Positions 29,770 to 39,066 of a stretch of DNA of 64,000 nt are shown in pieces (position 1 is the first letter of the stretch; every line of letters starts with the position of its first letter). The stretch covers positions 41,472 to 105,471 of the forward strand of contig JAYFQE010000016.1 of the NCBI GenBank assembly GCA_034927345.1, in the 5' to 3' direction. This stretch comes from Clostridiaceae bacterium (lineage in GTDB: Bacteria; Bacillota; Clostridia; Saccharofermentanales; UBA5734). The notes below the pieces were generated by a model. It was not told the DNA's origin, ran no database searches, and worked only from the letters and a program-made list of their open reading frames with translations. Position numbers and translations under genes: made by a program.

Positions 29770-31515
29770 ATGATGCAACAGGAAAACCCGGCAGATGAAA
29801 AAGATAACCGGCAATATGACACCTGTTACCAATCTCTGTTCAGGCAGTCGCCAATAGCCGGCCTGGTTGTTGATGTCAACGGTCAGGTTCTCGAATATAA
29901 TCGTGAAGCCGTTCATCTGCTGGTTCTGAATGAACAGCCGGATAATCGCCGAACAGGAGCCTGGACGGCCGGGTCCTTGTCAATGCAGGGCTTTGTTGAC
30001 CGTGAAGACATTAGCGCCATGATGGAATTCCTGGCCGCTATATTCCGGGATAACCGGCAGCAGCCGTTGGATATTCGTTTGCGCCGGTGTGATCAAACCG
30101 GATTTTTAGCCCGCCTGAGCGGCGTTAAGCTCGATAACCAGAATCACCTGGCCCAAATAACCATTTTTGATGTTGACCATGATCAGCGAAACGGGGAAGC
30201 GATCAATTTGCTGGCCTACTACGATCAGCTGACCGGTCTGCCGAACCGCCATCTTTTATTTGACCGCCTGCACTGGGCGATTCGTGACGCCCGCCGGCAG
30301 CAGGAGCGTCTGGCGGTACTTTATGTCGACCTGGATCACTTTAAACAAATTAACGACACGCTGGGACATATGGCGGGCGATCAAATGCTGCAGAAAATCA
30401 CGGCGCAGATGACAGCCTGCTTGCGTGACGCCGATACTTTGGCCAGAATGGGCGGTGATGAGTTTGCCATCCTGATGCAGCACCTGGTTGACAGTCAAGC
30501 GGCGGCGGCCGTGGCTGCCAGGCTTTTAGAAGTCATCAGCCAGCCGGTTGAAATTATGGGCCTTGAACAGACTGTCAGCGCCAGCATCGGCATCTGTCTG
30601 TTTCCTGATGACGGGGACAATACGGAAGTATTGATGAAGCACGCGGATATCGCCATGTACCGGTCTAAAAGTAACGGACGGAATATGGTGTCATTTTTCA
30701 ATGAAGATATGCGCAAGGCTGTTGATCACCGCGCGGATCTGGAACGCCGGCTGCGTCAGGCTCAGCATGAAAACCGGCTGATTCTTTATTATCAGCCGAT
30801 GATTCAAAGCAGAACCAACCGCATTCTGGCCCTGGAAGCTTTGCTGCGCTGGGATTCCGGCATAGACGGCCTTCTGAGCGCCGATCAGTTTTTACCTGTT
30901 GCGGAAGAAATCGGCCTGGGCAAGGTTTTCAGCAGCTGGGCGCTGCAGCAAGCTTGCTGTCAGATGCGGGAATGGCTGGACAGCGGGTTGATCCCCGCCG
31001 GCAATCCTTGTAAAATATCGGTTAATTTAAGCGCCGAACAGCTCAATCAACCGGCTTTGGTCGATCAGGTCAAGAAAGTTCTGAACCAATTTCATTTGCC
31101 GGTTTCAAGGCTGATCGTCGAAGTCCGCGAGGCTACGCTCAGGCAAGAGAAGCCGTTGATTATTGAAAATCTGGCCAAGCTGCAGGAAATGCAGATCCAG
31201 TTGATTCTTGATGATTTTTGTCAGGGATTCTGCACCATAGAGAAAATCAGCCGTTTGGCCTTTTCACATTTAAAGATCAATCAAATGTTTACGACCATGT
31301 TATTAGAGAACCGGCGCGGCGAAGCATTGCTCGATTCGCTGATCAATCTGGCCCATATTCTTGGCCTGCATGTTATTGCCGAGGGCATTGAAACCGAAAT
31401 GGACAGGGAATGGCTGGATCGTCATGGCTGTGATGCATTGCAGGGTTATTTATTTTGCCGTCCGCTGCCGACGCGCGCTATGGATCTTTTGCTCAAGATT
31501 TGTATGAAGATTTAG
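29770..31515 (+). CDS. PAS-GGDEF-EAL c-di-GMP signalling protein
   Basis: DQLTGLPNR, RDAD I-site, GGDEF, EAL, EGIE and QGY. Confidence 0.9.
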   Translation: MMQQENPADEKDNRQYDTCYQSLFRQSPIAGLVVDVNGQVLEYNREAVHLLVLNEQPDNRRTGAWTAGSLSMQGFVDREDISAMMEFLAAIFRDNRQQPLDIRLRRCDQTGFLARLSGVKLDNQNHLAQITIFDVDHDQRNGEAINLLAYYDQLTGLPNRHLLFDRLHWAIRDARRQQERLAVLYVDLDHFKQINDTLGHMAGDQMLQKITAQMTACLRDADTLARMGGDEFAILMQHLVDSQAAAAVAARLLEVISQPVEIMGLEQTVSASIGICLFPDDGDNTEVLMKHADIAMYRSKSNGRNMVSFFNEDMRKAVDHRADLERRLRQAQHENRLILYYQPMIQSRTNRILALEALLRWDSGIDGLLSADQFLPVAEEIGLGKVFSSWALQQACCQMREWLDSGLIPAGNPCKISVNLSAEQLNQPALVDQVKKVLNQFHLPVSRLIVEVREATLRQEKPLIIENLAKLQEMQIQLILDDFCQGFCTIEKISRLAFSHLKINQMFTTMLLENRRGEALLDSLINLAHILGLHVIAEGIETEMDREWLDRHGCDALQGYLFCRPLPTRAMDLLLKICMKI

Positions 31516-31539
31516 ATATGCCTGTATAAAGTATAAAAT

Positions 31540-31582
31540 GATGCCCTTCCGTGTCCGGTCAAAGAACGGAGGGGCATCTTTT
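31540..31582. terminator. Terminator between convergent genes
   Basis: gatgcccttccgt/acggaggggcatc stem flanked by A and T runs. Confidence 0.7.
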
Positions 31583-31659
31583 ACTGCTTGTGCGTTGGCA
31601 ACGGATAATCCACGAAGCTTTCTAACCGCCTGCTGCTGCAGGGATGAGAGAACATGCGA

Positions 31660-31836
31660 TTAATATCTGTTGTCGAACCCGCCTTGCTGACGTCTGGTAT
31701 TCTTGCGAGCTTTACGGCATTCGGGGCAGCGAACAGGCTCGTTCTCAAACCCTTTTTCCTTGTAAAAAGCCTGCTCTCCTTCTGTGAAAGCAAACTCGGC
31801 TCCGCAATCCTTGCAAACAATCATTTTGTCCGGCAT
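31660..31836 (-). CDS. Small zinc-ribbon protein (zf-trcl-like), 58 aa, absent from the ORF track
   Basis: MPDKMIVCKDCGAEFAFTEGEQAFYKEKGFENEPVRCPECRKARK..; AGGAGGT RBS. Confidence 0.9.
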   Translation of the reverse strand: MPDKMIVCKDCGAEFAFTEGEQAFYKEKGFENEPVRCPECRKARKNTRRQQGGFDNRY

Positions 31837-32057
31837 GGTGCATACCTCCTGAAATTTATCGGATAAGGAATGAATGACAGTGGCTTTCCATGACTTCCCA
31901 GGAGGTTTTAACCTTCTATTCAGTTGGGATGCAGTCTGTAAACAAGCTTAATCCGTTGTGTAAATAATATCATAAATGCTATAATGATACAAGTATGTTG
32001 TAAAGAATCTCGTGAATTTATTGCATATGAACAAATTGTACGATGAGGAGTATGCCT

Positions 32058-32408
32058 ATGAAATTGAGTGACTGTGTCCGAATATTAAATGCGCGGGTCG
32101 AGGTAATGGCCGCGGATATGGATATGGATATACAAGTGGCGTGTGGCGCCGACTTGATGAGCGATGTCATGGCTTTTGCCTGTACCAGCAATGAAATGAT
32201 GCTGACCGGTCTGGTTAATCCCCAAACGATCCGGACAGCGGAGATGATGGATGTCAAGGTTGTTGTTTTTGTCCGCGGTAAGCAGCCCGGAGAACAGATG
32301 CTCGATCTGGCCCGGGAAAAGAATATTTGTATTCTATCGACACCATTTACGATGTTTACAGCTTGCGGACTCCTGTATCAGTCGGGTGTCAAAGGGAAGG
32401 GGGGCTGA
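32058..32408 (+). CDS. DRTGG-domain protein
   Basis: CGADLMSDVMA..LTGLVNPQ..RTAEM..VFVRGK. Confidence 0.85.
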   Translation: MKLSDCVRILNARVEVMAADMDMDIQVACGADLMSDVMAFACTSNEMMLTGLVNPQTIRTAEMMDVKVVVFVRGKQPGEQMLDLAREKNICILSTPFTMFTACGLLYQSGVKGKGG

Positions 32409-32411
32409 CTT

Positions 32412-32834
32412 CTGGAGCCTGTCAAGCTGTCATTCCTCATTCGCGGATCCGATTTCATCAATGCAGGCGAAGCCTCAAGCGGCACCAAGAAAGCCCTGAC
32501 CCGCCTTGGCGTCAGTCCTTCCGTTGTTAAGAGAGCCGCGATCGCCATGTATGAAGCCGAACTGAACGCCGTCATTCATGCCGGCGGCGGTATCGCCGAT
32601 GTCGAAATTTATCCCGATCATGTCTTAATCCAGATTACCGATCATGGTCCCGGCATCCCGGATGTTGATCTGGCAATGCAGGAGGGCTGGTCGACGGCGC
32701 CGGATATTGCCCGTGAAATGGGTTTCGGAGCCGGTATGGGTCTCCCTAATATCAAGAAAAATTCCGATGATATGAAAATAGAAACACAAATTGGCCGGGG
32801 AACGACGGTTACAATTATTATCAACTTTACCTGA
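32412..32834 (+). CDS. Anti-sigma-type Ser/Thr kinase (HATPase_c), probable CTG start
   Basis: YEAELNAVIH, DHGPGI and GAGMGLPN; family-like N-terminus DF..AGEAS lies upstream of the first ATG (32547). Confidence 0.8.
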   Translation: MEPVKLSFLIRGSDFINAGEASSGTKKALTRLGVSPSVVKRAAIAMYEAELNAVIHAGGGIADVEIYPDHVLIQITDHGPGIPDVDLAMQEGWSTAPDIAREMGFGAGMGLPNIKKNSDDMKIETQIGRGTTVTIIINFT

Positions 32835-32860
32835 TCGATTTTGACGGCCGGAGGTTCATC

Positions 32861-34231
32861 ATGCCCAAACTACATTCTGTTAAGCTCAACCGCGATTTAT
32901 GTGTCGGCTGCACAAACTGCATCAAGAAATGTCCGACAGAAGCCATTCGTGTTCGGAACGGCAAAGCACAGATATCGGAAAGCCGCTGCCTCGATTGCGG
33001 CGAGTGCATCCGGGCCTGTCCGCATCATGCGAAAAGCGCCAGTATGGATCCTTTCAGCCGGCTGCAGGATTATCCTTATGCCATTGCCCTGGCCGCGCCT
33101 TCTTTGTATGCCCAGTTCGGGACGCCGGCGACCCGGGTCATGGTTCTGGCTGCTTTACGTAATATCGGATTCCAGGATGTTTATGAAGTGGCGATCGGCG
33201 CCGAAATCATCACACGGAAGACGGCCATTTATTTGGAGGAAGCGCGCCGCAATAAAATCAGACCGTTGATTTCCTCGGCCTGCCCGGCTGTCGTCCGTCT
33301 GATTCAGATGAAATATCCCGGCCTGATCGACAATCTTGTTCCTTTCGACTCGCCAATGGAAGTCACAGCCCGGCTGGCCAGGCAGGAAACTATGGCGAAA
33401 ACCGGTTTGAAAGCCGAGGAAATCGGTATCTTTTTCATCAGTCCCTGCCCGGCAAAAAGATCGGCGGTCGTTAATCCGATTGGCCGTTCCGGCAGTGATG
33501 TCAACGGCGTTATCGCCATATCCGACGCTTATCCGCAGATTCTGGCCAAACTGGAAAAGCTGGATCCTGCCGCGCTGAAGGATTTTGAAGAACGCGTGCT
33601 GGCCGGTTCGGCCGGCATCCGCTGGGCTTATGCCGGCGGCGAGGCGATTGCCCTGAACACCAGCCGCTATCTGGCCGTTGACGGTATTCATAATGTCATA
33701 GCCATTCTGGAAGAAATAGAAAATGAGCGGCTGCGGGATATCGACTTTATCGAAGCCAACTCCTGTACCGGCGGCTGTATCGGCGGACCTTTGACCGTTG
33801 CCAACCGCTTTTCCGCCAAATCACGCCAGCGCGGCTATATCGCGGCTGCCGGGCCGTCCGCCGCCATCAGCACCGTCAGCACGGCGCCAAAAACGTTGCC
33901 GGTCGAACCTTGGCCGGAGCCGCTGCTGCCAAACAACGCGCTTAAGCTGGATCAGAACATCATGGTGGCGCTGCAGAAATATGAACAGATGAAGAAGATT
34001 GCCGTCAATCTGCCGGGTCTGGACTGCGGAGCCTGCGGCGCTCCGGATTGTGAAGCTCTGGCTGAAGATATTGTGCGCGGCGAAGCGACGGAAACCGACT
34101 GCATTTTCAAGCTCAAGGAACGCATTCGCAGCGTAGCTGCCCAGATGAGCGAGCTGGAAGAAGAAATGACGCGGCATGTTAAAAAAGGTGAAACTGAAGG
34201 AGAACAAGACAATCATGATCACGGTACCTGA
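32861..34231 (+). CDS. [FeFe]-hydrogenase-like Fe-S protein (HydS/Hfs sensory type)
   Basis: Two CxxCxxC..CP ferredoxin motifs; SSACP, SPCPAK, EANSCTGGCIGG; C-terminal LPGLDCGACG..C. Confidence 0.85.
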   Translation: MPKLHSVKLNRDLCVGCTNCIKKCPTEAIRVRNGKAQISESRCLDCGECIRACPHHAKSASMDPFSRLQDYPYAIALAAPSLYAQFGTPATRVMVLAALRNIGFQDVYEVAIGAEIITRKTAIYLEEARRNKIRPLISSACPAVVRLIQMKYPGLIDNLVPFDSPMEVTARLARQETMAKTGLKAEEIGIFFISPCPAKRSAVVNPIGRSGSDVNGVIAISDAYPQILAKLEKLDPAALKDFEERVLAGSAGIRWAYAGGEAIALNTSRYLAVDGIHNVIAILEEIENERLRDIDFIEANSCTGGCIGGPLTVANRFSAKSRQRGYIAAAGPSAAISTVSTAPKTLPVEPWPEPLLPNNALKLDQNIMVALQKYEQMKKIAVNLPGLDCGACGAPDCEALAEDIVRGEATETDCIFKLKERIRSVAAQMSELEEEMTRHVKKGETEGEQDNHDHGT

Positions 34232-34559
34232 TTTGCTGAACCATTATCCCTGCCGGCTTTTGGCCGGCGTTCCGGACAAAGAGCGGGCCGTTTCCGGCGG
34301 TTATGCCTGCGATATGCTCAGCTGGGTCATGTCGCGCCTGGAAACCGGTGATGTCTGGCTGACCATTCTGAACAGCATCAACGTTATTGCGGTTGCCTCT
34401 CTGGCTGACTGTGCCTGCGTTTTGTTGACAGAAGGTGTTGTCATGGAACAGGAAATCCTGGACAAAGCCGTTGAAAAGAACCTGGTGATCCTGGGGACGG
34501 ATTTGCCGACTTATGAAGCTGCCGTGGCCTTGAATCAAGTTTTGCAGACTGGTTTATGA
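34215..34559 (+). CDS. DRTGG-like protein
   Basis: GGYACDMLSWVM..VWLTI..NVIAVA. Confidence 0.8.
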   Translation: MITVPDLLNHYPCRLLAGVPDKERAVSGGYACDMLSWVMSRLETGDVWLTILNSINVIAVASLADCACVLLTEGVVMEQEILDKAVEKNLVILGTDLPTYEAAVALNQVLQTGL

Positions 34560-35284
34560 TTGTCCGCTGTGATTTACATATTCATTCGGATCTTTCCCCT
34601 TGCGCCGAACCGGACATGACGCCCGGCAATATTGTCGGTATGGCGATGGTCAAGGGCTTGCAGGTTATTGCCGTAACCGATCATCAGAGCTGCGGTAATT
34701 GCCGGCCGGCGATGGCTCTTTCCGAGGCTATAGGCGGACCGCTGGTGATTCCCGGTCTGGAAATCGAATCGGCTGAAGAAATTCATTTGCTCTGTCTTTT
34801 TCCGGATCTCGACGCCGCTTGCCAAATAGAGAAACTGATACGCGGATCGATGCCGAAACGGGCCAACCGGCCGGATATTTTTGGCGAACAGCATTACTAT
34901 GACGAACAGGATAACTGCATTGGCATCGAGGAGCAGCTCTTGCTGCTGCCCAGTTCCCTGAGCTGCGATGAGATCGCTCAAAAAGTTGTCGCCTGTTCCG
35001 GCGTATGCCTGCCGGCTCATGTCGACCGGGAAGCCAACAGCATGCTCTTGATACTCGGTTCGATTCCGGCCGATTTTCCAACCGGCTGGCTGGAATTGTC
35101 CGCCCGGGCCGACGAGCCGGCGCTGTTGCGTCTTCATCCGGAAATGGCCGGATATAAGCGGCTGCGTAATTCTGACGCGCATCGTCTGCCTGATCTGGCC
35201 GAACCGGGTTTCCCGCTTGAAATACCGGAATTTTCGCCTGACCAGGAAGGCAGATTAAAAGTAATTCAGGCATTGCGGCGTTAA
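34556..35284 (+). CDS. PHP-domain phosphoesterase
   Basis: DLHIHS, TDH, AHVDR and SDAH. Confidence 0.88.
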   Translation: MIVRCDLHIHSDLSPCAEPDMTPGNIVGMAMVKGLQVIAVTDHQSCGNCRPAMALSEAIGGPLVIPGLEIESAEEIHLLCLFPDLDAACQIEKLIRGSMPKRANRPDIFGEQHYYDEQDNCIGIEEQLLLLPSSLSCDEIAQKVVACSGVCLPAHVDREANSMLLILGSIPADFPTGWLELSARADEPALLRLHPEMAGYKRLRNSDAHRLPDLAEPGFPLEIPEFSPDQEGRLKVIQALRR

Positions 35285-35334
35285 ATGAAACAGTGCTATA
35301 ATAGCGGGAGCGAGTTGGAAATGGCGGTAGGCTC

Positions 35335-35907
35335 ATGCGGGAATTGTCCTTACATTTGATGGATATCATACAGAATTCCGTGAAAGCCGGAGCACATCGA
35401 ATAGAAGTTGTTTTGGAAGCGGATCCGGTCCGGGACCGGATCTTCATACGCATCAGTGATAATGGCTGCGGTATGAGTCCGGAATTGCTGCAGCGGGTGA
35501 CCGATCCTTTTTTTACAACACGCAAGACACGGTCGGTTGGTTTGGGAATTCCGCTGTTTAAAGAACAGTGTGAAATAACCGGCGGATATCTTGAATTGCA
35601 TTCCGAGGTCGGCAAGGGGACGACTGTCGAAGCTGTTTTGGGATTATCGAGCATAGACCGCCTGCCGCTTGGCAATGTCAGCGAAACCATCACCACCTTG
35701 ATTCAGTCCGACCCATCCATTGATTACGATTTGGTTCTCGTGGCTCCCGGGCGGCGTTTTGAACTTGATCTGGCGGAAATAAGAAAGCAGATGGATGATG
35801 TGCCCCTGAACGAACCGTCTGTTTTAACTTGGTTAGGCCAATATATTGCTGAACAGCAAGAGTATATTTTCGGAGGTGTCCTACATGAAATCATTAGCAG
35901 AGCTTGA
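35335..35907 (+). CDS. Histidine-kinase-like ATPase
   Basis: MRELSLH..DIIQNS, DNGCGM, DPFFTT and GLGIP. Confidence 0.88.
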   Translation: MRELSLHLMDIIQNSVKAGAHRIEVVLEADPVRDRIFIRISDNGCGMSPELLQRVTDPFFTTRKTRSVGLGIPLFKEQCEITGGYLELHSEVGKGTTVEAVLGLSSIDRLPLGNVSETITTLIQSDPSIDYDLVLVAPGRRFELDLAEIRKQMDDVPLNEPSVLTWLGQYIAEQQEYIFGGVLHEIISRA

Positions 35908-36262
35908 TGCCATTCGACAGAAGGCCAAAGCAGACCTGTCGGCGCGCAGCGAAGGCGGCCGCAAGGTTGTTGTCGGCATGGCCACCTGTGGTATTGCCGC
36001 AGGCGCCCGACCAGTCATGAATGCCCTGGTCGAAGAATTACGCGTCCGCAGCGTGCACGATGTTTCGGTTACCATGACCGGCTGCATCGGCGTTTGCCGT
36101 CTCGAACCGATCGTTGAAGTGATCGAGGAGAATGGCGAAAAAACAACTTATGTCAAAATGGACGCGGCCAAAGCGCGCCGGGTTGTTGCCGAGCATCTGA
36201 TTAACGGCCGCATCTGCAACGATCTGACGATCGGTGCTGTTGAACCTTCTAATCCGTCCTGA
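35885..36262 (+). CDS. Thioredoxin-like [2Fe-2S] ferredoxin (HydD/HndB-like)
   Basis: VGMATCGIAAGA..TGCIGVCRLEP. Confidence 0.88.
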   Translation: MKSLAELDAIRQKAKADLSARSEGGRKVVVGMATCGIAAGARPVMNALVEELRVRSVHDVSVTMTGCIGVCRLEPIVEVIEENGEKTTYVKMDAAKARRVVAEHLINGRICNDLTIGAVEPSNPS

Positions 36263-36282
36263 TTGCCGGATTACAACCGGTT

Positions 36283-36330
36283 CGGCTGTAAAACAGATTC
36301 CGGATTCGCGCGGAGTCTGTTTTGCGGCCG
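36283..36330 (+). terminator. Long hairpin closing the hydrogenase-accessory operon
   Basis: cggctgtaaaacagattccg/cggagtctgttttgcggccg with G-U pairs on the plus strand; no strong U tail. Confidence 0.5.
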
Positions 36331-36450
36331 CCAGAACCGTTGCATAGCTTATTGAAACTTTGCGAATGGGTCGCTGTTCGTGGAGTTTCATTTTTTTAGG
36401 CGATATATCGGTCGGCGACCGATGATTAGACGTATGACGAGGATAAAGCC

Positions 36451-37212
36451 GTGAACTTTAGAATCATCCTGGAAGCTATGAAATTCTATAAGATACGCCG
36501 TGAGAGGGTCATACAGATCTGGTTTATTCTGCTCTACGCAATAAATCTCCTGGTGTTCGTTCTGCCTATCGGTGATCGTGATTTCAGCCGATTATTCGAT
36601 GCTTTTACGACCTTGACATCCGGCGACCTCAATGTGCAGCCGGCCTGGGAATTACTTACTCCCGGGAATTGGCTGCTGATCGGATTATCGTTCCTGGTGA
36701 GTCTGATAACCTTGTTCTTCAGTTATTTATACGCTGTTTATTTCATTGGCGAACAGGATGATATGACACCCGGACAGGCTGTCGTCCGCTGCCTGCGCAA
36801 AATTCCCGCTATGCTGGCTGTTTGCGTCGTTTTGCTGCTGCCGGCGTTGATGTCTGCTTGTTTTGCGTTTATCCCACTGATCATCTTTCTGTTCATGATG
36901 TATTTTTTACCGCTTGATCTGGCCCTGGAAAACCGGCCGCTGCTGGAATCTATCCGTTACAGTTATGAAATGACCCGGCATAAAAAGTTGATTATTCTGG
37001 TTGAAGTAGCCCTGTTGTCTCTGGCCGTAACCATACCGCAAAATATCATTTTGAACCTGATATCCGGTTATGATATTCTATACTATGCGCTGGCGAGTTT
37101 TTTTGTCGTCATCCGCGCTTTCATGCAAGGTCGCATGATGGGAATTTTATATCTTTTTCTTGTAAAAAAAGTACCAGATGTGATACCATCTAAACCAAAT
37201 GAGCAGATGTAA
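36451..37212 (+). CDS. Hypothetical multi-pass membrane protein
   Basis: 253 aa with about 6 hydrophobic segments. Confidence 0.7.
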   Translation: MNFRIILEAMKFYKIRRERVIQIWFILLYAINLLVFVLPIGDRDFSRLFDAFTTLTSGDLNVQPAWELLTPGNWLLIGLSFLVSLITLFFSYLYAVYFIGEQDDMTPGQAVVRCLRKIPAMLAVCVVLLLPALMSACFAFIPLIIFLFMMYFLPLDLALENRPLLESIRYSYEMTRHKKLIILVEVALLSLAVTIPQNIILNLISGYDILYYALASFFVVIRAFMQGRMMGILYLFLVKKVPDVIPSKPNEQM

Positions 37213-37264
37213 ACAGAGCGGATGAAAACTCATCAGGGCGCTCTGATTCTGAAGGAGGAAAAAC

Positions 37265-38440
37265 ATGGCTGATAAAAGAGAAATAGCATTGCAAAAACAT
37301 GTGGAATGGAAGGGGAAAATCGAGGTTGTTTCCCGCGCGCCGGTTGCCACACGCGAGGATCTATCGATTGCCTACACGCCGGGCGTTGCCGAACCATGCC
37401 TGGAAATTTCGAAAAACGTCGATTTGTCTTATGTTTATACCCGACGCTGGAATATGGTGGCCGTTGTAACGGACGGCACTGCTGTTCTGGGCTTGGGCGA
37501 CATTGGTCCTGAAGCCGGCATGCCGGTTATGGAAGGCAAGTGCGTTCTCTTCAAATCCTTTGGCGGTGTTGACGCTTTCCCGCTCTGCATCCGGTCCAAA
37601 GAAGTCGACGATATCGTCAATACCGTCCGCTTGCTGGCCGGCAGCTTCGGCGGCATAAACCTGGAAGACATCTCGGCGCCCCGCTGTTTCGAAATCGAGC
37701 GCAAGTTGAAAGCTTGCTGCGATATCCCGATATTCCATGACGACCAGCATGGAACGGCGGTTGTGACCTTGGCCGGTTTGATCAATGGTTTAAGGATCGT
37801 CCATAAGGAATTAAAAGATGTCAGCATTGTTGTCAACGGCGCCGGCGCGGCTGCGACCGCCATTGTTAAACTGCTGATGGTCTGCGGTTTGTCGGACGTT
37901 GTTCTCTGTGACCGGAGCGGCGCCATATATGAAGGCCGTCCCGGCTTGAACGCCGCGAAAACCGAATTGGCAGCCTTGACCAACCGGAAGATGAAAAAAG
38001 GTTCGTTATCCGACGTTATCGCCGGCGCCGATGTGTTTATCGGTGTTTCCGCGCCGAATTCGGTTACGGAAGCGATGGTCAGAACGATGGCCCCGAACCC
38101 GATTATCTTTGCCTGCGCCAACCCGACGCCGGAAATCATGCCTGATCAGGCCAAAGCCGGCGGAGCAGCCGTCATCGCGACAGGCCGGTCGGATTTCCCG
38201 AACCAGGTTAATAATGTCCTGGCCTTTCCGGGCATTTTCCGCGGCGCGCTGGATGTGCGCGCCAGCGATATCAATGACCAGATGAAGTTGGCTGCGGCAT
38301 ATGCTATAGCCGATTTGATAACGGCGGATGAACTGAATCCCGAGTATGTCATTCCGTCGCCTTTTGACGATCGGGTCGGCAAGGCCGTCGCCGCCGCCGT
38401 AGCAAAAGCAGCAAGAGATTCAGGCGTAGCCCGCATCTGA
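37265..38440 (+). CDS. NAD(P)-dependent malic enzyme
   Basis: YTPGVA, DGTAVLGLG, NLEDI, HDDQHGTA and GRSDFPNQ. Confidence 0.93.
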   Translation: MADKREIALQKHVEWKGKIEVVSRAPVATREDLSIAYTPGVAEPCLEISKNVDLSYVYTRRWNMVAVVTDGTAVLGLGDIGPEAGMPVMEGKCVLFKSFGGVDAFPLCIRSKEVDDIVNTVRLLAGSFGGINLEDISAPRCFEIERKLKACCDIPIFHDDQHGTAVVTLAGLINGLRIVHKELKDVSIVVNGAGAAATAIVKLLMVCGLSDVVLCDRSGAIYEGRPGLNAAKTELAALTNRKMKKGSLSDVIAGADVFIGVSAPNSVTEAMVRTMAPNPIIFACANPTPEIMPDQAKAGGAAVIATGRSDFPNQVNNVLAFPGIFRGALDVRASDINDQMKLAAAYAIADLITADELNPEYVIPSPFDDRVGKAVAAAVAKAARDSGVARI

Positions 38441-38459
38441 ATGGCTTTTTGTTGAACGA

Positions 38460-38496
38460 CTGAAAACCAGGCTGATGCGCTCAGTCTGGTTTTCAG
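38460..38496 (+). terminator. Hairpin after the malic enzyme gene
   Basis: ctgaaaaccaggctga/tcagtctggttttcag. Confidence 0.55.
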
Positions 38497-38574
38497 CACA
38501 TTAAGGCCAGATACTTATTCATATTGACAGTGATGAAACCCGCCTATGGCAGGATCAACCAGGAGAGGTAAAAA

Positions 38575-39066
38575 ATGATGGGTAAGAATGAAGAAATTCT
38601 CAGTTTGCTGGAGCGTAATGCACGTCTGTCGGCGGCGGATATTGCCGTCATGCTTGGTTTGCCGGCCGGCGAAGTGGAAAAGGTCATCGATGATCTGGAG
38701 CAAAACAAGGTCATTCTCGGTTACGGAGCTTTGATCAATTGGGAGAAAACAGCCGCCGCTCCGGTTACCGCATTGATAGAAGTACGGGTCACACCGCAGC
38801 GCGACCAGGGCTTTGACCGCATTGCCCAGCGGATTTACCGGTATCCGCAGGTTCAGTCCTGCTATCTGATGTCCGGCGGATTTGATCTGATGGTTATTAT
38901 CGAAGACGCAACCTTAAAAGAAGTGGCGATGTTTGTTTCCGAGAAAATAGCTCCTTTGGATTCAGTTGTTTCAACCAGCACTCATTTTATCTTGAAAAAA
39001 TATAAAATGAACGGAATCGAATTTGCTGTCAGAGATGAGGATCACCGGGAGGCGGTGGTTTTATGA
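38575..39066 (+). CDS. Lrp/AsnC-family regulator
   Basis: N-terminal HTH; YLMSGGFDL; coupled to an aminotransferase. Confidence 0.88.
   Translation: MMGKNEEILSLLERNARLSAADIAVMLGLPAGEVEKVIDDLEQNKVILGYGALINWEKTAAAPVTALIEVRVTPQRDQGFDRIAQRIYRYPQVQSCYLMSGGFDLMVIIEDATLKEVAMFVSEKIAPLDSVVSTSTHFILKKYKMNGIEFAVRDEDHREAVVL

Noticed and set aside
31955..32040. Possible Rex boxes upstream of the hydrogenase-accessory operon
   Set aside because: Only half-sites match TTGTGAA-n4-TTCACAA, and the spacing is wrong.
34574..35696. Antisense ORFs of 202 and 322 aa
   Set aside because: They overlap conserved PHP and ATPase genes and their translations are not protein-like.
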